Virus record (IMG/VR): IMGVR_UViG_3300033485_000021
Location: 1 to 49,081 of that record
Strand: one strand, 5' to 3'
From: a virus
Lineage: Duplodnaviria > Caudoviricetes
Length of the DNA: 49,081 nucleotides
The first letter of the stretch is position 1; each line of letters begins with the position of its first letter. The position numbers and the translations under genes were made by a program. The notes under the pieces were generated by a model. The model saw only the letters and a program-made list of their open reading frames with translations, searched no databases and was not told the origin of the DNA. Positions 18,452 to 27,913 of this stretch are shown here, one piece after another.

Positions 18452-21400
18452 TGGCTACTCCGACCGTCACCGGCATCAACCCCGGCAGTGGCCCTCCCGG
18501 CACCCAAGTCGTCATCACCGGGAGCAACTTCGGCGAGGACGTCTACGAGGTCAAGTTCGGCACCTACGACGTCGGCACCAACTTCGTCGTCGTCTCCGAG
18601 ACGGATCTCATCGCCTACGTCCCGTCAGGCACCGGCACCGACCTCAACGTCACGGTCAAGAACGGCGACGGCACCGGGACGCTGACCTCGGGCTGGGACT
18701 ACGCGACCTACATCGGCGGCCCCGGCGGCACCGGAGGTTCTGCTCCCACGGTCACGGGCATCGTCCCGACCCAAAGTGCCTACGAGGACGGGCGCGGTGG
18801 TGACAGCGTCGTCATCACCGGGACGAAGTTCGCGACCACCTTCGTGGTCTGGTTCGGTGACGTGCCCTCACCCTCGTTCACCATCGACTCCGACACCCAA
18901 GTCACGGCAATCGCCCCACCCGGTGGCGGCGAGGTCGAGGTCGATGTCGAGAACTCCTACGGGCGCAGCGCCGACCCCGGCACGGCCAACGACTTCACCT
19001 ACCCCGAGGTGGACGTCCCGGTCGTCACCAGCATCTCGCCCACGGGCGGCACGGTGAACACCATCGTCACCATCACGGGCGACTACTTCGCGACCGCGAA
19101 CTCGGTCACCTTCAACACTCGCTCTCCCGTCGTGTCCTACGACGCCGCCTTCACCGTCCTCAGTGACGAGACGATCCGCGCCTACGCACCCGAAGGGCCG
19201 GTCGCCAACAATACCGTCGATATCCTCGTCAGCAGTCCCTCCGGTACGGCCACTGACCCTGGCGCTGGCAACGATTTCACCTACCTCGCCACGCCGACCA
19301 ACCTGCGTATCGTCCCCGGCATCGGCCACGTCACCTTGTTCTGGGACGAGGTCGCCTCGGCCAGCCCCGTGACCTACGAGGTCTACGGCGGCGCTACACC
19401 CACGCCGACCATAGTCATCGCCGTCACCGGAGCGACCGTGATGACCATCAAGCAGGACTACGCGGACGGCACCAAGTACTACGGCGTCAAGACGGTGGAC
19501 GTCTTCGGCAACCGCTCCGCGATGAGCAACATCGTCTCCGGTGTCGCCCTGATGACGGTGGCCGACGAGATCGCCGAAGAGGCCATCAACTCGATGAAGA
19601 TGTTCGCCGCCGGTATCAGGCCACCGGTCGTGGTGGACACGCTGCCTACCCTGCCCGAGACGCCACCCGCTGAAGAGTTCCCAGTCGGGACGATGGTCTT
19701 CCTGACCACCGACCGGAGGCTCTACCGCAACAGCGGCGGCGGGCCGAACACGAACACGCACACCAACAAGGGTACGTGGTACGACCTCGTCGGCACCAAC
19801 AACGGCACCCTCGACGGCTTCGCCTACACCACCGCGAGCGGCTGGAAGGGCACCGGCACCGGGGCAGACCCGTACTGCCTCGCCTTCGACTACGTTGACG
19901 ACCATGTAGACCTCACGGCTATCACTGAGACGAACGACAAGGTCTACACGCTGGAGGGTTGGGCGCGTAATACGACCGACTGTGCCCATACCGGCTACAT
20001 CATCTGGCACGGTTGGGATTCAGGGACGCAGTATTGCGGCCTCGGCACCTCCAGCGGCCTGCGTCCCGTCACCATCCAGAAGGACTCCTCTGCCACCGTG
20101 ACCTCGATGCCGAGCGGCGACTGGGGCTGCGACGACGGCAACTGGCACCACTACGTCGCGACCTGTGACGGCTCGACGCAGAAGGTCTACATGGACGGCG
20201 TGCTGGCCGACTCCGACACCGTGGCGGGCGGCACCTTCAACGCTACCGACACGAGTCTCATCGGGCGACACGGCGTCGGCGCCGGTGGTGGATACTGGGA
20301 CGGCGACATCGCCTGCGTGCGCGTCTACAGCGCCGCCCTGACGCTCGCTCAGATTGTGCAGAACTTCAAGGTAGGGCCGACCGGCGAGGGCTACTACGCC
20401 ACCGATCTCGTCCATCACTGGAACACGAAGCGGTCGCTGGAGGCCGACGCATGGTCACCGATGGTCGATGCCGGCGAGATGAGCGGCGTCATCAGCGGCA
20501 ACACCATCATCGGCAACAGCATCACCGCCGGGATGATCGCCGCCGGCGCCATCGGGGCGACGGAGATTGCCGCCGACTCCCTGATGTCGCGCAGCATGTT
20601 CATCGGCTCCTTCGACAACCTGATGCCGAACCCGAACAGCGAGCTTGACCCAGGCAACCGCGACACGACCTCGACGGCGAGCGACTACGAGTTCCGCTGC
20701 GTGACGACCACCAACGCCTACGCGGGCAGCAAGTGCCGCCGCCTCATCGGCGTGACCACGGGCACGACGAGCGCCATCCTGACGCCGTTCATCCCGGTGC
20801 TCCCCGACGAGAGCTACTACTTCGAGTGCCGCGCCCGCCTCGGCAGCGCGGTCGGCTCGGGGCGCGTCAAGCTGCTCTGCTACAAGCAGGACAAGTCTAC
20901 GGTCATCGAGACGGTCGCCACTGACGATGTCACGGCGGCGAGCTACGGGACGACCATCTTCAAGGTCAAGGACGGCAGCGACAACCCGTGGTACGACATC
21001 CCAGCGACAGTCGGAGCGGACGGCGCGGCCTACATCCAGATTCAGCTTGAGACGACCGATATCGGCTCCGCGAACTACCTCTACGTGGACGAGATGTTCC
21101 TGCGCCGCAGGCTTCTCGGGGAACTCATCGTTGACGGCACCATCACGACGGAGCATCTAGACGCGACCGGCATCTCCTGCGACGTGCTCGACGGCGGGAC
21201 TATCAACGGCCAGACAATCACTGGCGGCATCTTCAAGACCGAGACGAGCGGCGAGCGCATCGAGATTCTCACGGCGAACAGAAGTCAGATTGACTTCTAC
21301 ACCGGACACGCTTCAGAGGATACTCAAGGGACGATAGTCACCGACTCGCAAACTTCGGAAGCGTATCTCACACTGAGCGGCCCCATCGTATATACGAGCG

Positions 21401-21810
21401 GGCTTTCAGCGAACCTTTCGCTAATCGGCTACACGAGTGGTGTCACAAGGGTGAAGTCGCAGTCCGATTACATCGAACTAATCGGGACTCAGACCGCAGA
21501 AATAAAGCTTGGCTCTACCAGTAACCCATATCTGCTCATGGATGCTGGAGCCAACCGTGTCTGGCTGGGCAACAACTCAGAAACTATAGGCGTTGACATA
21601 GACGCGGACACCACTACTGTCAAGACGTACGGCGCATTGAAGCCGGGAGACAACTGGTCGAGCGGTACTTCCGATGACGGCATCTGGATTCAGGACAAAG
21701 ACACGGTCGGCAGCCGCTGGAAGATGTACTTCGGCCCTGACACGACGCCGAGGCTGTATCTGCGGAACGGCTCGACGTGGTACTACGTGACCATGACGCT
21801 GGGGAGCTAA
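18451..21810 (+). CDS. multidomain tail fibre / receptor-binding protein (3x IPT/TIG, FN3, LamG, CBM-like)
   Basis: Three PTVTGI.P..G...V.ITG..F repeats. FN3: PTNLRIVPG..VTLFW. LamG: DGNWHHYVAT.DG..KVYMDG..WDGDIACVRVYS.ALT. Confidence 0.8.
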   Translation: MATPTVTGINPGSGPPGTQVVITGSNFGEDVYEVKFGTYDVGTNFVVVSETDLIAYVPSGTGTDLNVTVKNGDGTGTLTSGWDYATYIGGPGGTGGSAPTVTGIVPTQSAYEDGRGGDSVVITGTKFATTFVVWFGDVPSPSFTIDSDTQVTAIAPPGGGEVEVDVENSYGRSADPGTANDFTYPEVDVPVVTSISPTGGTVNTIVTITGDYFATANSVTFNTRSPVVSYDAAFTVLSDETIRAYAPEGPVANNTVDILVSSPSGTATDPGAGNDFTYLATPTNLRIVPGIGHVTLFWDEVASASPVTYEVYGGATPTPTIVIAVTGATVMTIKQDYADGTKYYGVKTVDVFGNRSAMSNIVSGVALMTVADEIAEEAINSMKMFAAGIRPPVVVDTLPTLPETPPAEEFPVGTMVFLTTDRRLYRNSGGGPNTNTHTNKGTWYDLVGTNNGTLDGFAYTTASGWKGTGTGADPYCLAFDYVDDHVDLTAITETNDKVYTLEGWARNTTDCAHTGYIIWHGWDSGTQYCGLGTSSGLRPVTIQKDSSATVTSMPSGDWGCDDGNWHHYVATCDGSTQKVYMDGVLADSDTVAGGTFNATDTSLIGRHGVGAGGGYWDGDIACVRVYSAALTLAQIVQNFKVGPTGEGYYATDLVHHWNTKRSLEADAWSPMVDAGEMSGVISGNTIIGNSITAGMIAAGAIGATEIAADSLMSRSMFIGSFDNLMPNPNSELDPGNRDTTSTASDYEFRCVTTTNAYAGSKCRRLIGVTTGTTSAILTPFIPVLPDESYYFECRARLGSAVGSGRVKLLCYKQDKSTVIETVATDDVTAASYGTTIFKVKDGSDNPWYDIPATVGADGAAYIQIQLETTDIGSANYLYVDEMFLRRRLLGELIVDGTITTEHLDATGISCDVLDGGTINGQTITGGIFKTETSGERIEILTANRSQIDFYTGHASEDTQGTIVTDSQTSEAYLTLSGPIVYTSGLSANLSLIGYTSGVTRVKSQSDYIELIGTQTAEIKLGSTSNPYLLMDAGANRVWLGNNSETIGVDIDADTTTVKTYGALKPGDNWSSGTSDDGIWIQDKDTVGSRWKMYFGPDTTPRLYLRNGSTWYYVTMTLGS

Positions 21811-21813
21811 GAC

Positions 21814-21960
21814 ATGGCTGATGCGATGAAGGTCATCGACATCTTGAAGAAGACCATCGCTGACCTGACCGTCCAGAACGCCGCCCTCTCGGTAGACCTC
21901 GAAGAGGCGCAGACCAAGCTGATGGTGGCCGACGCAGAGAGGCCCAAGGACGCCAAGTGA
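21814..21960 (+). CDS. small coiled-coil protein (48 aa)
   Basis: MADAMKVIDILKKTIADLTVQNAALSVDLEEAQTKL...; fills the gap between neighbours and is absent from the ORF track. Confidence 0.6.
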   Translation: MADAMKVIDILKKTIADLTVQNAALSVDLEEAQTKLMVADAERPKDAK

Positions 21961-23684
21961 GCATCCACGGCACCAACTACGTCGGCCTCAAGGACGGCGG
22001 CCTCTCGGTCAAGATCGGCGGCGTCGAGCGCCGTGACGTCGTCCACGGGCTCGAGTTCGACAGCACGAACCAGGGTGACGGCGCGGCCTCGTTCTGGATG
22101 GATCCCGCTGACCCGTTCAGCCCGCGCTCCCAGTGGACGGAACTCAAGGTCGGCGCCACCATCGATGTGACGCACACCCTCGACGCCGTCACGACGCAGC
22201 TTTACAAGGGCTTCATCATCAACGATCCGCGCACCGGCTACGCCGGCGAGAAGAAGGTGCTCGGCATCGAGTGCGGCGGCGTCCTCGAGGTCGCCCGCTG
22301 GCGCCAGGACTGCGGCTTCGTCTTCACCGACTCAGACCCTGACCAGTGGTTCGAGAACAAGCGCAACGGCAAGTGGGCCTCGATCGACATCAGCGACGTC
22401 ATCGAGATCCGCGCCGAGGACGGCACCAAGGTGCCGCGCGGCCCCGACGACACGCCGCGGGCGGCGATGATCGGCTACCTGCTCTACGAGGGCGCCACCT
22501 ACATGAAGAAGCCCACCGGCCTGATGAACGGTGTCAAGCGCATCAGGGGCAACATCACCTGCAACCTGAAGGAGAACATGAGGGCGCGGCTGGCGTGGTC
22601 TACGGACTACACGGTCGAGCGCAACCCTGCCGACTCGGCGTACAACGAGATCCACACCTGGGACGCCGGCACCGTCCTCAACGGATATCCGTTTGACGAG
22701 CCCGTAGGTGGCGTTGGCGACAACCCCGGCTACATCACGCTCCAGCTATGGACGACGAACAGCAAAGGTCAGACGGTCACCGCCGACCGCTTCGTCAGCA
22801 TCGACAACGTCGAGCTTTACACGAGCACAAACGAGAAGACCGTCGATGAGGCGCTGCTCGCCATCGCCCAGTTCATCGACCTCCACGACAGCGAACTGAC
22901 CTCGACCGTGGGCAGCGTCCTCCAGAGCCTCGTCGCCCGCCCGATGACCGATCCCGTGAGCGCCATGAACACGATCGCCCAGCAGGCTTCGGTGCTGGTC
23001 GAGTGGGGCTGGTTCAGCTACTACAGCGCCGGCTCCAAGTTCCGCTTCGTTGCCAGACCGCTGCTCACCGACCCGACCTCCATCCAGGTGCTCGACAACT
23101 GCTACGCCATCGACGCCACCGAGCCGGGGACGGTCTGGGACGTGCGTCAGCATCCCGACGAGGAGGGCAACTACAAGGCGCTGCGCTTCCAGTACGGGCG
23201 CCTCGGGCGCAGCAACTACCCTGCCGGCTTCCCCGACACGGTGATCCGTCCCAAGACTCCCGGCTGGGGCCAGGGTTCGCCCTTCATGGGCACCACGGCG
23301 CGCGTCCTTGCGGTCGATTTCAGCGGCCACAACTACTCCGTCGAGGCCGCCGGCAGGAACGCCGACCGGCTGGCCCGCCACCTCGGCACCGGACTCTCGA
23401 GCGGCACCTGTCAACTGAAGCAGCTTGAAGTCCACCGCTGGGACACGCCCTCGGAGTGGAGGCCGGTGCCCTACATCAGGGGCGGCGACTGGGTGTGGTG
23501 CGAGCAGTCGCTCTGCGGGCCGCTCTACGTGGTGCGCTCGCACGTCGATGTCGATAGCGAGACGGTGGATCTCGAACTCGGCCTCGGGGCCGACGCGCTC
23601 ATCGAGCAACTCGAGGCCGCCGGCGCCATCAGGACGATCAAGCTCGCCAAGCACCGCCGGCGCGGCTGGAGGAGCAAGAAGTAA
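21957..23684 (+). CDS. minor tail / baseplate hub-like protein
   Basis: 575 aa at the end of the tail module. LYKGFI, IECGG and IRGGDWV..VDLELG are patterns typical of hub proteins. Confidence 0.55.
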   Translation: MSIHGTNYVGLKDGGLSVKIGGVERRDVVHGLEFDSTNQGDGAASFWMDPADPFSPRSQWTELKVGATIDVTHTLDAVTTQLYKGFIINDPRTGYAGEKKVLGIECGGVLEVARWRQDCGFVFTDSDPDQWFENKRNGKWASIDISDVIEIRAEDGTKVPRGPDDTPRAAMIGYLLYEGATYMKKPTGLMNGVKRIRGNITCNLKENMRARLAWSTDYTVERNPADSAYNEIHTWDAGTVLNGYPFDEPVGGVGDNPGYITLQLWTTNSKGQTVTADRFVSIDNVELYTSTNEKTVDEALLAIAQFIDLHDSELTSTVGSVLQSLVARPMTDPVSAMNTIAQQASVLVEWGWFSYYSAGSKFRFVARPLLTDPTSIQVLDNCYAIDATEPGTVWDVRQHPDEEGNYKALRFQYGRLGRSNYPAGFPDTVIRPKTPGWGQGSPFMGTTARVLAVDFSGHNYSVEAAGRNADRLARHLGTGLSSGTCQLKQLEVHRWDTPSEWRPVPYIRGGDWVWCEQSLCGPLYVVRSHVDVDSETVDLELGLGADALIEQLEAAGAIRTIKLAKHRRRGWRSKK

Positions 23685-24181
23685 TGGCCGACCACTTCGA
23701 GAAGGCCAAGGACGACATTCTCAGGCGCACCGCCGAGAACGGCGGGCCGAAGCCGCTCGACCTTCTCGAGGCGCTCCAGGGGCTCGCTGACGACATGGAC
23801 GAGAAGCACGACGAGGTGGTCGGCATCGTCAACAAGCACCTCAAAGAAGCGTCGGTACGCGACTCCCGCATCCAGAAGGTGGAGGACAAGATCGCGCGCA
23901 CCGAGGACAACTGCCCGCACGTCATCGAGAACGCTATCAGCGAGGCGGTCAGGCGGTCGACGACCGAGCACCATGAGACGCACGCTGCCTACGTCGCCTC
24001 TGTAGCCAAGCCGCGACGCAAGGATGACAAGGAGAGCAAGGACTACCGCAAGGAGCGCGAGGAGTCGAAGCAAGTCTGGCTGATGTGGATGGTCGGCTCC
24101 AAGGTCGGCTACATCCTCATGGCCCTCATCATCACGGCCCTCAACTTCGGAGTCCACTACCTGCTCATGGGCGAACCGTAA
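23684..24181 (+). CDS. coiled-coil protein with a C-terminal TM segment (lysis-module membrane protein)
   Basis: Hydrophobic C-terminus (VGYILMALIITALNFGVHYLL). Confidence 0.65.
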   Translation: MADHFEKAKDDILRRTAENGGPKPLDLLEALQGLADDMDEKHDEVVGIVNKHLKEASVRDSRIQKVEDKIARTEDNCPHVIENAISEAVRRSTTEHHETHAAYVASVAKPRRKDDKESKDYRKEREESKQVWLMWMVGSKVGYILMALIITALNFGVHYLLMGEP

Positions 24182-24190
24182 GGAGCCACC

Positions 24191-24262
24191 TTGAACCTCA
24201 CGACCGTGCTCATCATCCTCTGCATCGTCATCGCCGTCATCGTCATCGCGAAGATGATCTGA
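24191..24262 (+). CDS. 23-aa single-TM peptide
   Basis: AAGGAG SD, TTG start, MNLTTVLIILCIVIAVIVIAKMI, TGATG coupling to the next gene. Confidence 0.55.
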   Translation: MNLTTVLIILCIVIAVIVIAKMI

Positions 24263-24450
24263 TGGCCGCACGCAGGACACAGGTGACCGCGACCTTCTTC
24301 GACGCCGAGGGCTACCCGCTGGTGGCCTTCCGCGGCAACGCCCAGGACGTCGGAGACGCCGCCGCCATCTATATCTGCAACCTCGCCCAGCCGCTCGGCG
24401 GCAGCCCGCTCATCCGTCTCATGGAGACGAGGGAAGAGGAGGAGTCGTGA
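24262..24450 (+). CDS. hypothetical protein (62 aa)
   Basis: Coupled start and stop with both neighbours. Confidence 0.6.
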   Translation: MAARRTQVTATFFDAEGYPLVAFRGNAQDVGDAAAIYICNLAQPLGGSPLIRLMETREEEES

Positions 24451-25061
24451 TCGAGAAGACCATCTCCAGCCCGAACTGGAGCCCGCGTCCCAACGGGCTC
24501 AGGGACGTCTGGGGCGTCATCCTGCACCACACGGCATCGGCTGACGGCTCGGGATTGGCGATCGCCAGGATGTTCCAGAACAAGAGCTTCGCGGTCGCAG
24601 CCCATGTCGTGGTTGACGATGGCAGGGAGTTCGCCAACATCCGCGTCTACCACTGCGTCCCGCCGGAGAAGGCGGCATGGCAGGCGGGTAAGTGCCGGCG
24701 TTACGACTGGGATCGCGACGGCAAGCTCGAGGACTGGGAGGCGTACGTCAACACCCACACGCTCGGCGTCGAGATCGTGAACAAGGGCGACAACAAGGAC
24801 GTCTTCCACGACGCCCAGATCAAGGCTGTCGCTGCCCTGATCCGGCGCTGGGACGCCAAGTGCCCGAATCTCAAGCTTCAGGACATCACCGATCATCAGA
24901 CCGTCAACCTCAACGGCAAGATCGACATGCGCCCCAACTTCCCGGCGGCGAAGCTCTTCTGGTGGATCCTGCACCCGCGCTCGCCGATCCCGCCTGACGG
25001 CGCCTACAAGCACCTCCCCGACTGGGCGCAGCGACAGGTCAACGAGATCGTCAGGGACTGA
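24447..25061 (+). CDS. endolysin, N-acetylmuramoyl-L-alanine amidase (Amidase_2)
   Basis: VILHHTA, AHVVV, AWQAG, N..TLGVEIVN, ITDH and K.D motifs. Confidence 0.9.
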   Translation: MIEKTISSPNWSPRPNGLRDVWGVILHHTASADGSGLAIARMFQNKSFAVAAHVVVDDGREFANIRVYHCVPPEKAAWQAGKCRRYDWDRDGKLEDWEAYVNTHTLGVEIVNKGDNKDVFHDAQIKAVAALIRRWDAKCPNLKLQDITDHQTVNLNGKIDMRPNFPAAKLFWWILHPRSPIPPDGAYKHLPDWAQRQVNEIVRD

Positions 25062-25063
25062 CC

Positions 25064-25192
25064 ATGCCCTACCGCTCGGCCAAGCAGCGCGCCTACATGC
25101 ACATCAACCTGCCCGCCATCGCCAAGCGGTGGGACAAGAAGTACGGCGGCAAGGTGCGGCCCAAGAAACGGTGGAAGAGCAAGAGGACTTGA
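25064..25192 (+). CDS. small basic phage protein (42 aa)
   Basis: MPYRSAKQRAYMHINLPAIAKRWDKKYGG, a pattern seen in small phage proteins. Confidence 0.6.
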   Translation: MPYRSAKQRAYMHINLPAIAKRWDKKYGGKVRPKKRWKSKRT

Positions 25193-25315
25193 CGGAGGAA
25201 TCCCCTCTCTGACCTAGAATAGGGACGCGCAGTCTACCCTCACTGCGTAGGCCACGGGGCCGCTCGCTGCATGACAGCCCCGTGGCCGTCTCTGTAAACG
25301 GGAGAGAGGAACCGT

Positions 25316-25978
25316 GTGAGAGATGGGAGACAGGCTCTACTCATAGTCGTCACCGCCGCGGTCATCGTCATGGCCGCCCTGCTGGCGACACCCGACCTCG
25401 CTGCCAACGAGACGGTAGTCACTCCGACGCCAGACCCTTCCCCGGTCGTCCAGACCAAAGCCAAGCGTTTCGATCGCTCCCCGGCCCCGGCATCCCTCGT
25501 GGCCTGGGCACGCGCCTGGAAGCGCCACGCCGTGCGCGACCTCGCCAGCCTGAACCGCGCCCGCGCCTGCTTCTCGCTGCCGCGGCTCAGCGTCTCCTGG
25601 GAGGAACCGCCGCGCAGCGCGTGGCGGGCGCCGTGGGGACAGGCCGGCGAACGCTGGCGCGACCGCGCGCGGGACTACCACGACCGCTTCGCCGCCCTGC
25701 GCTGGCGCATGAGCCACCCCGGCCCCGGCGGCGTCGAACGCTGGCGCCCGCTGGTGCGCTGGCACTGGCCGGCTCACCTCGTGGAGCGCGCCCTCTGGGT
25801 GATGAGGCTCGAGAGCGGCGGCAACCCGCTGGCCCGCAACCCATCGGGCGCCGCCGGCCTCTTCCAGTTGTACCCCGCGCCAGCGGGCTGGGCTAATCCT
25901 GATACAAATATCTGGTACGCCTACTGGAAGAAGTACCGCCCCGCCGGATCCTTCTCGCCGTGGGTGGTCACGCACTGA
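25316..25978 (+). CDS. exported lytic transglycosylase (SLT / lysozyme-like fold)
   Basis: N-terminal hydrophobic signal or anchor. VMRLESGGNP.A.N.SGAAGLFQ catalytic motif. Confidence 0.8.
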   Translation: MRDGRQALLIVVTAAVIVMAALLATPDLAANETVVTPTPDPSPVVQTKAKRFDRSPAPASLVAWARAWKRHAVRDLASLNRARACFSLPRLSVSWEEPPRSAWRAPWGQAGERWRDRARDYHDRFAALRWRMSHPGPGGVERWRPLVRWHWPAHLVERALWVMRLESGGNPLARNPSGAAGLFQLYPAPAGWANPDTNIWYAYWKKYRPAGSFSPWVVTH

Positions 25979-25996
25979 TGGAGGGAGGTGAGACAC

Positions 25997-26338
25997 ATGA
26001 AGCTCACCGAAGTCATCACGCTACTCGCCACCGTGCTCGTCGCCGGCTGGTTCTCCGCATTCATCGTCCAGTTCATCAAGCAAGCGAAATGGGCGAGTTG
26101 GGTGAAGTTGGTCATCAGCGCCGTCATCGCCATCGTGGTCGCGATCGCCACGCTCTGGCTCAGCGGCGACGTCACCAGCTTCCTCGACACCTACAGCAAC
26201 GGGACGCTCGATGTCGAGCACATCATCGCCTTCGCCACGCTGATCTTCACCAGCGCCGCGACGTGGTATCGCTTCTACTTCAAGGACGCGACCTGGGCGC
26301 AGAACCTCGGCAACTGGCCGGGGGGATCGTCTGAGTGA
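25997..26338 (+). CDS. holin-like membrane protein
   Basis: GGAGGTGA SD, three hydrophobic segments, last gene of the lysis module. Confidence 0.7.
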   Translation: MKLTEVITLLATVLVAGWFSAFIVQFIKQAKWASWVKLVISAVIAIVVAIATLWLSGDVTSFLDTYSNGTLDVEHIIAFATLIFTSAATWYRFYFKDATWAQNLGNWPGGSSE

Positions 26339-26371
26339 CACAGGGTGTTGACACGGGGGTATACTGTCCTC

Positions 26372-26445
26372 GGTGATGGTTACCCCCTTCACCTTCAGCC
26401 GGCCTGACGAGTTTGGTTGTCCCCTTTCGCGTCAGGCCGGCCCCC
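26372..26445 (+). ncRNA. candidate small RNA: two hairpins with C-rich anti-SD loops
   Basis: Stems GGTGA/TCACC and the 12-bp GCCGGCCTGACG/CGTCAGGCCGGC. The large loop contains TGTCCCCTTTCG. TATACT -10 lies at 26360-26365. Confidence 0.5.
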
Positions 26446-26458
26446 TTTAAAGTTTCCC

Positions 26459-26488
26459 TTGCGTTCCGTCCGCAGCAAGGATTACGCT
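26459..26488 (+). promoter_or_regulatory. sigma70-type promoter for the rightward recombination/methylation block
   Basis: TTGCGT-N18-TACGCT. Confidence 0.5.
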
Positions 26489-26538
26489 CTCTCCTGACGA
26501 AGCACTACGTGTCCATTCACCTTGAGGGAGCGTGAATC

Positions 26539-26709
26539 ATGCAGCGCAAGAGAGCCCCCTACTGGCTCGCCGCGACCGTGCTCATCGCCTGTATCGCCGC
26601 CTTCTTCTACCTCGCCTGCCTGATCGCCAGCAACGCCACGGCGCTGGTCGCCGTCGCGCTCTTCGTGCTGGCGATGGTGGTGCTCTACGCCTCCGAGCTT
26701 CGGGCATGA
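26539..26709 (+). CDS. small two-TM membrane protein (56 aa)
   Basis: GAGGGAG SD. MQRKRAPYWLAATVLIACIAAFFYL...; ATGA overlap with the next gene. Confidence 0.65.
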   Translation: MQRKRAPYWLAATVLIACIAAFFYLACLIASNATALVAVALFVLAMVVLYASELRA

Positions 26710-26966
26710 GCGTCGGCGTCTCCATCGGGCGCGGCGAGAACTGGCTGCGCGTCAGCCATTTGGAGAACAAGGTCACCGCCCACGCCGGCACGAGTTCGGT
26801 GGGCAGCACCTTCTTCTTCGACATCACGCTCGACGCCAACGACGAGATCGTCCTCCACCGCGGCGACGTCGAGGTCTACGTCTCGCTCGAGCGTCTGTCC
26901 GAACTCCATGAGACGCTGGGCGTGTTCATCGGAGAGGCCAAGCGTCTGCTGGGAGAGAAGCCATGA
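26706..26966 (+). CDS. hypothetical protein (86 aa)
   Basis: ATGA-coupled on both sides. Confidence 0.65.
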   Translation: MSVGVSIGRGENWLRVSHLENKVTAHAGTSSVGSTFFFDITLDANDEIVLHRGDVEVYVSLERLSELHETLGVFIGEAKRLLGEKP

Positions 26967-27913
26967 GCCGTGAGAGCGCCGTCGAGAAAGCCCACCGCGA
27001 GTTCGGCGGCATCACCGCCTCGATGAGCGCCACCGTATGTGGTGTGAACCCGTGGGACTCGCCCTACGCGCTCTACCAGCGCCTCATCGGTGAGGCGCCG
27101 CCGCTCGAGCAGAACTTCGCCATGTGGCTGGGGGGCCAGATGGAGGGCATCATCATCCGCGCCTTCACGCGCGAGACGAAGCTCAGGGTGCGGCGCCCGA
27201 AGCGCGCCTTCGATCCCGACTTCTGGTTCGAGACGCACGAGTGGGGCTTCCCGATGGGCTGCCTGCTCGACGGCATCACCGTCGATAGCTCGGGGCAGGC
27301 GATCGTGGAGGCCAAGCACGCCTCCTCCTTCGCCGGCGACGACTGGGAAGGCGAGCCGCCGCTGATGTACTGGTTCCAGATGCAGCATCAGCTTGCCTGC
27401 ACCGGCTGGCTCGCCGCCTACGCCGTCGCCCTGGTCGGCAAGAAGTTGGTCTGGCTGCGCGTCGAGCGCGACGACGAGATCATCGCCATGATCACCGACG
27501 CCGAGCGCGAGTTCTACATCGAGCACCTCAAGCCGCGGGTGCCGCCGGCCATCGACGGCCACACCGCGACGAGCGAGGCGATCAAGCGCCAGTACGCCCA
27601 TGCCGAGCCGGGGTTCAGCGTCATCATCGAGGACGCCGAGGCCGAGCGCCTCTGCGCCAAGTACGGCGCCGAAGGGCGGGCCATCGAGGCACTGAAGACC
27701 GAGCGCGAGCAGACGAAGAACCTCCTGCTCGCCATCGTCTCGAGCGCCGAGAGCGCCGTCATCGGGGAGTACAAGGTGACCGCCAAGGAGCAGCACCGCA
27801 GCCATCTCGACGTCGAGCGCCTGTGCGCCGAGATGCCCGAGGTGGCAGAGAAGTACCGCAAGGTGACCAGCAGTCGCCCGCTTCGGGTGACGCAGAGGAA
27901 AGGGGACGTGTGA
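26963..27913 (+). CDS. YqaJ-like viral recombination exonuclease
   Basis: GITAS...GVNPWDSPYALY, LLDG, IVEAK and YWFQMQHQL motifs. Confidence 0.9.
   Translation: MSRESAVEKAHREFGGITASMSATVCGVNPWDSPYALYQRLIGEAPPLEQNFAMWLGGQMEGIIIRAFTRETKLRVRRPKRAFDPDFWFETHEWGFPMGCLLDGITVDSSGQAIVEAKHASSFAGDDWEGEPPLMYWFQMQHQLACTGWLAAYAVALVGKKLVWLRVERDDEIIAMITDAEREFYIEHLKPRVPPAIDGHTATSEAIKRQYAHAEPGFSVIIEDAEAERLCAKYGAEGRAIEALKTEREQTKNLLLAIVSSAESAVIGEYKVTAKEQHRSHLDVERLCAEMPEVAEKYRKVTSSRPLRVTQRKGDV

Noticed and set aside
18451-23684. Diversity-generating retroelement targeting the fibre
   Set aside because: No reverse transcriptase and no TR/VR pair seen.
25189-25220. Canonical promoter TTGACG...TAGAAT
   Set aside because: The spacer is 20 bp, which is too long. 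Only the -10 was kept.
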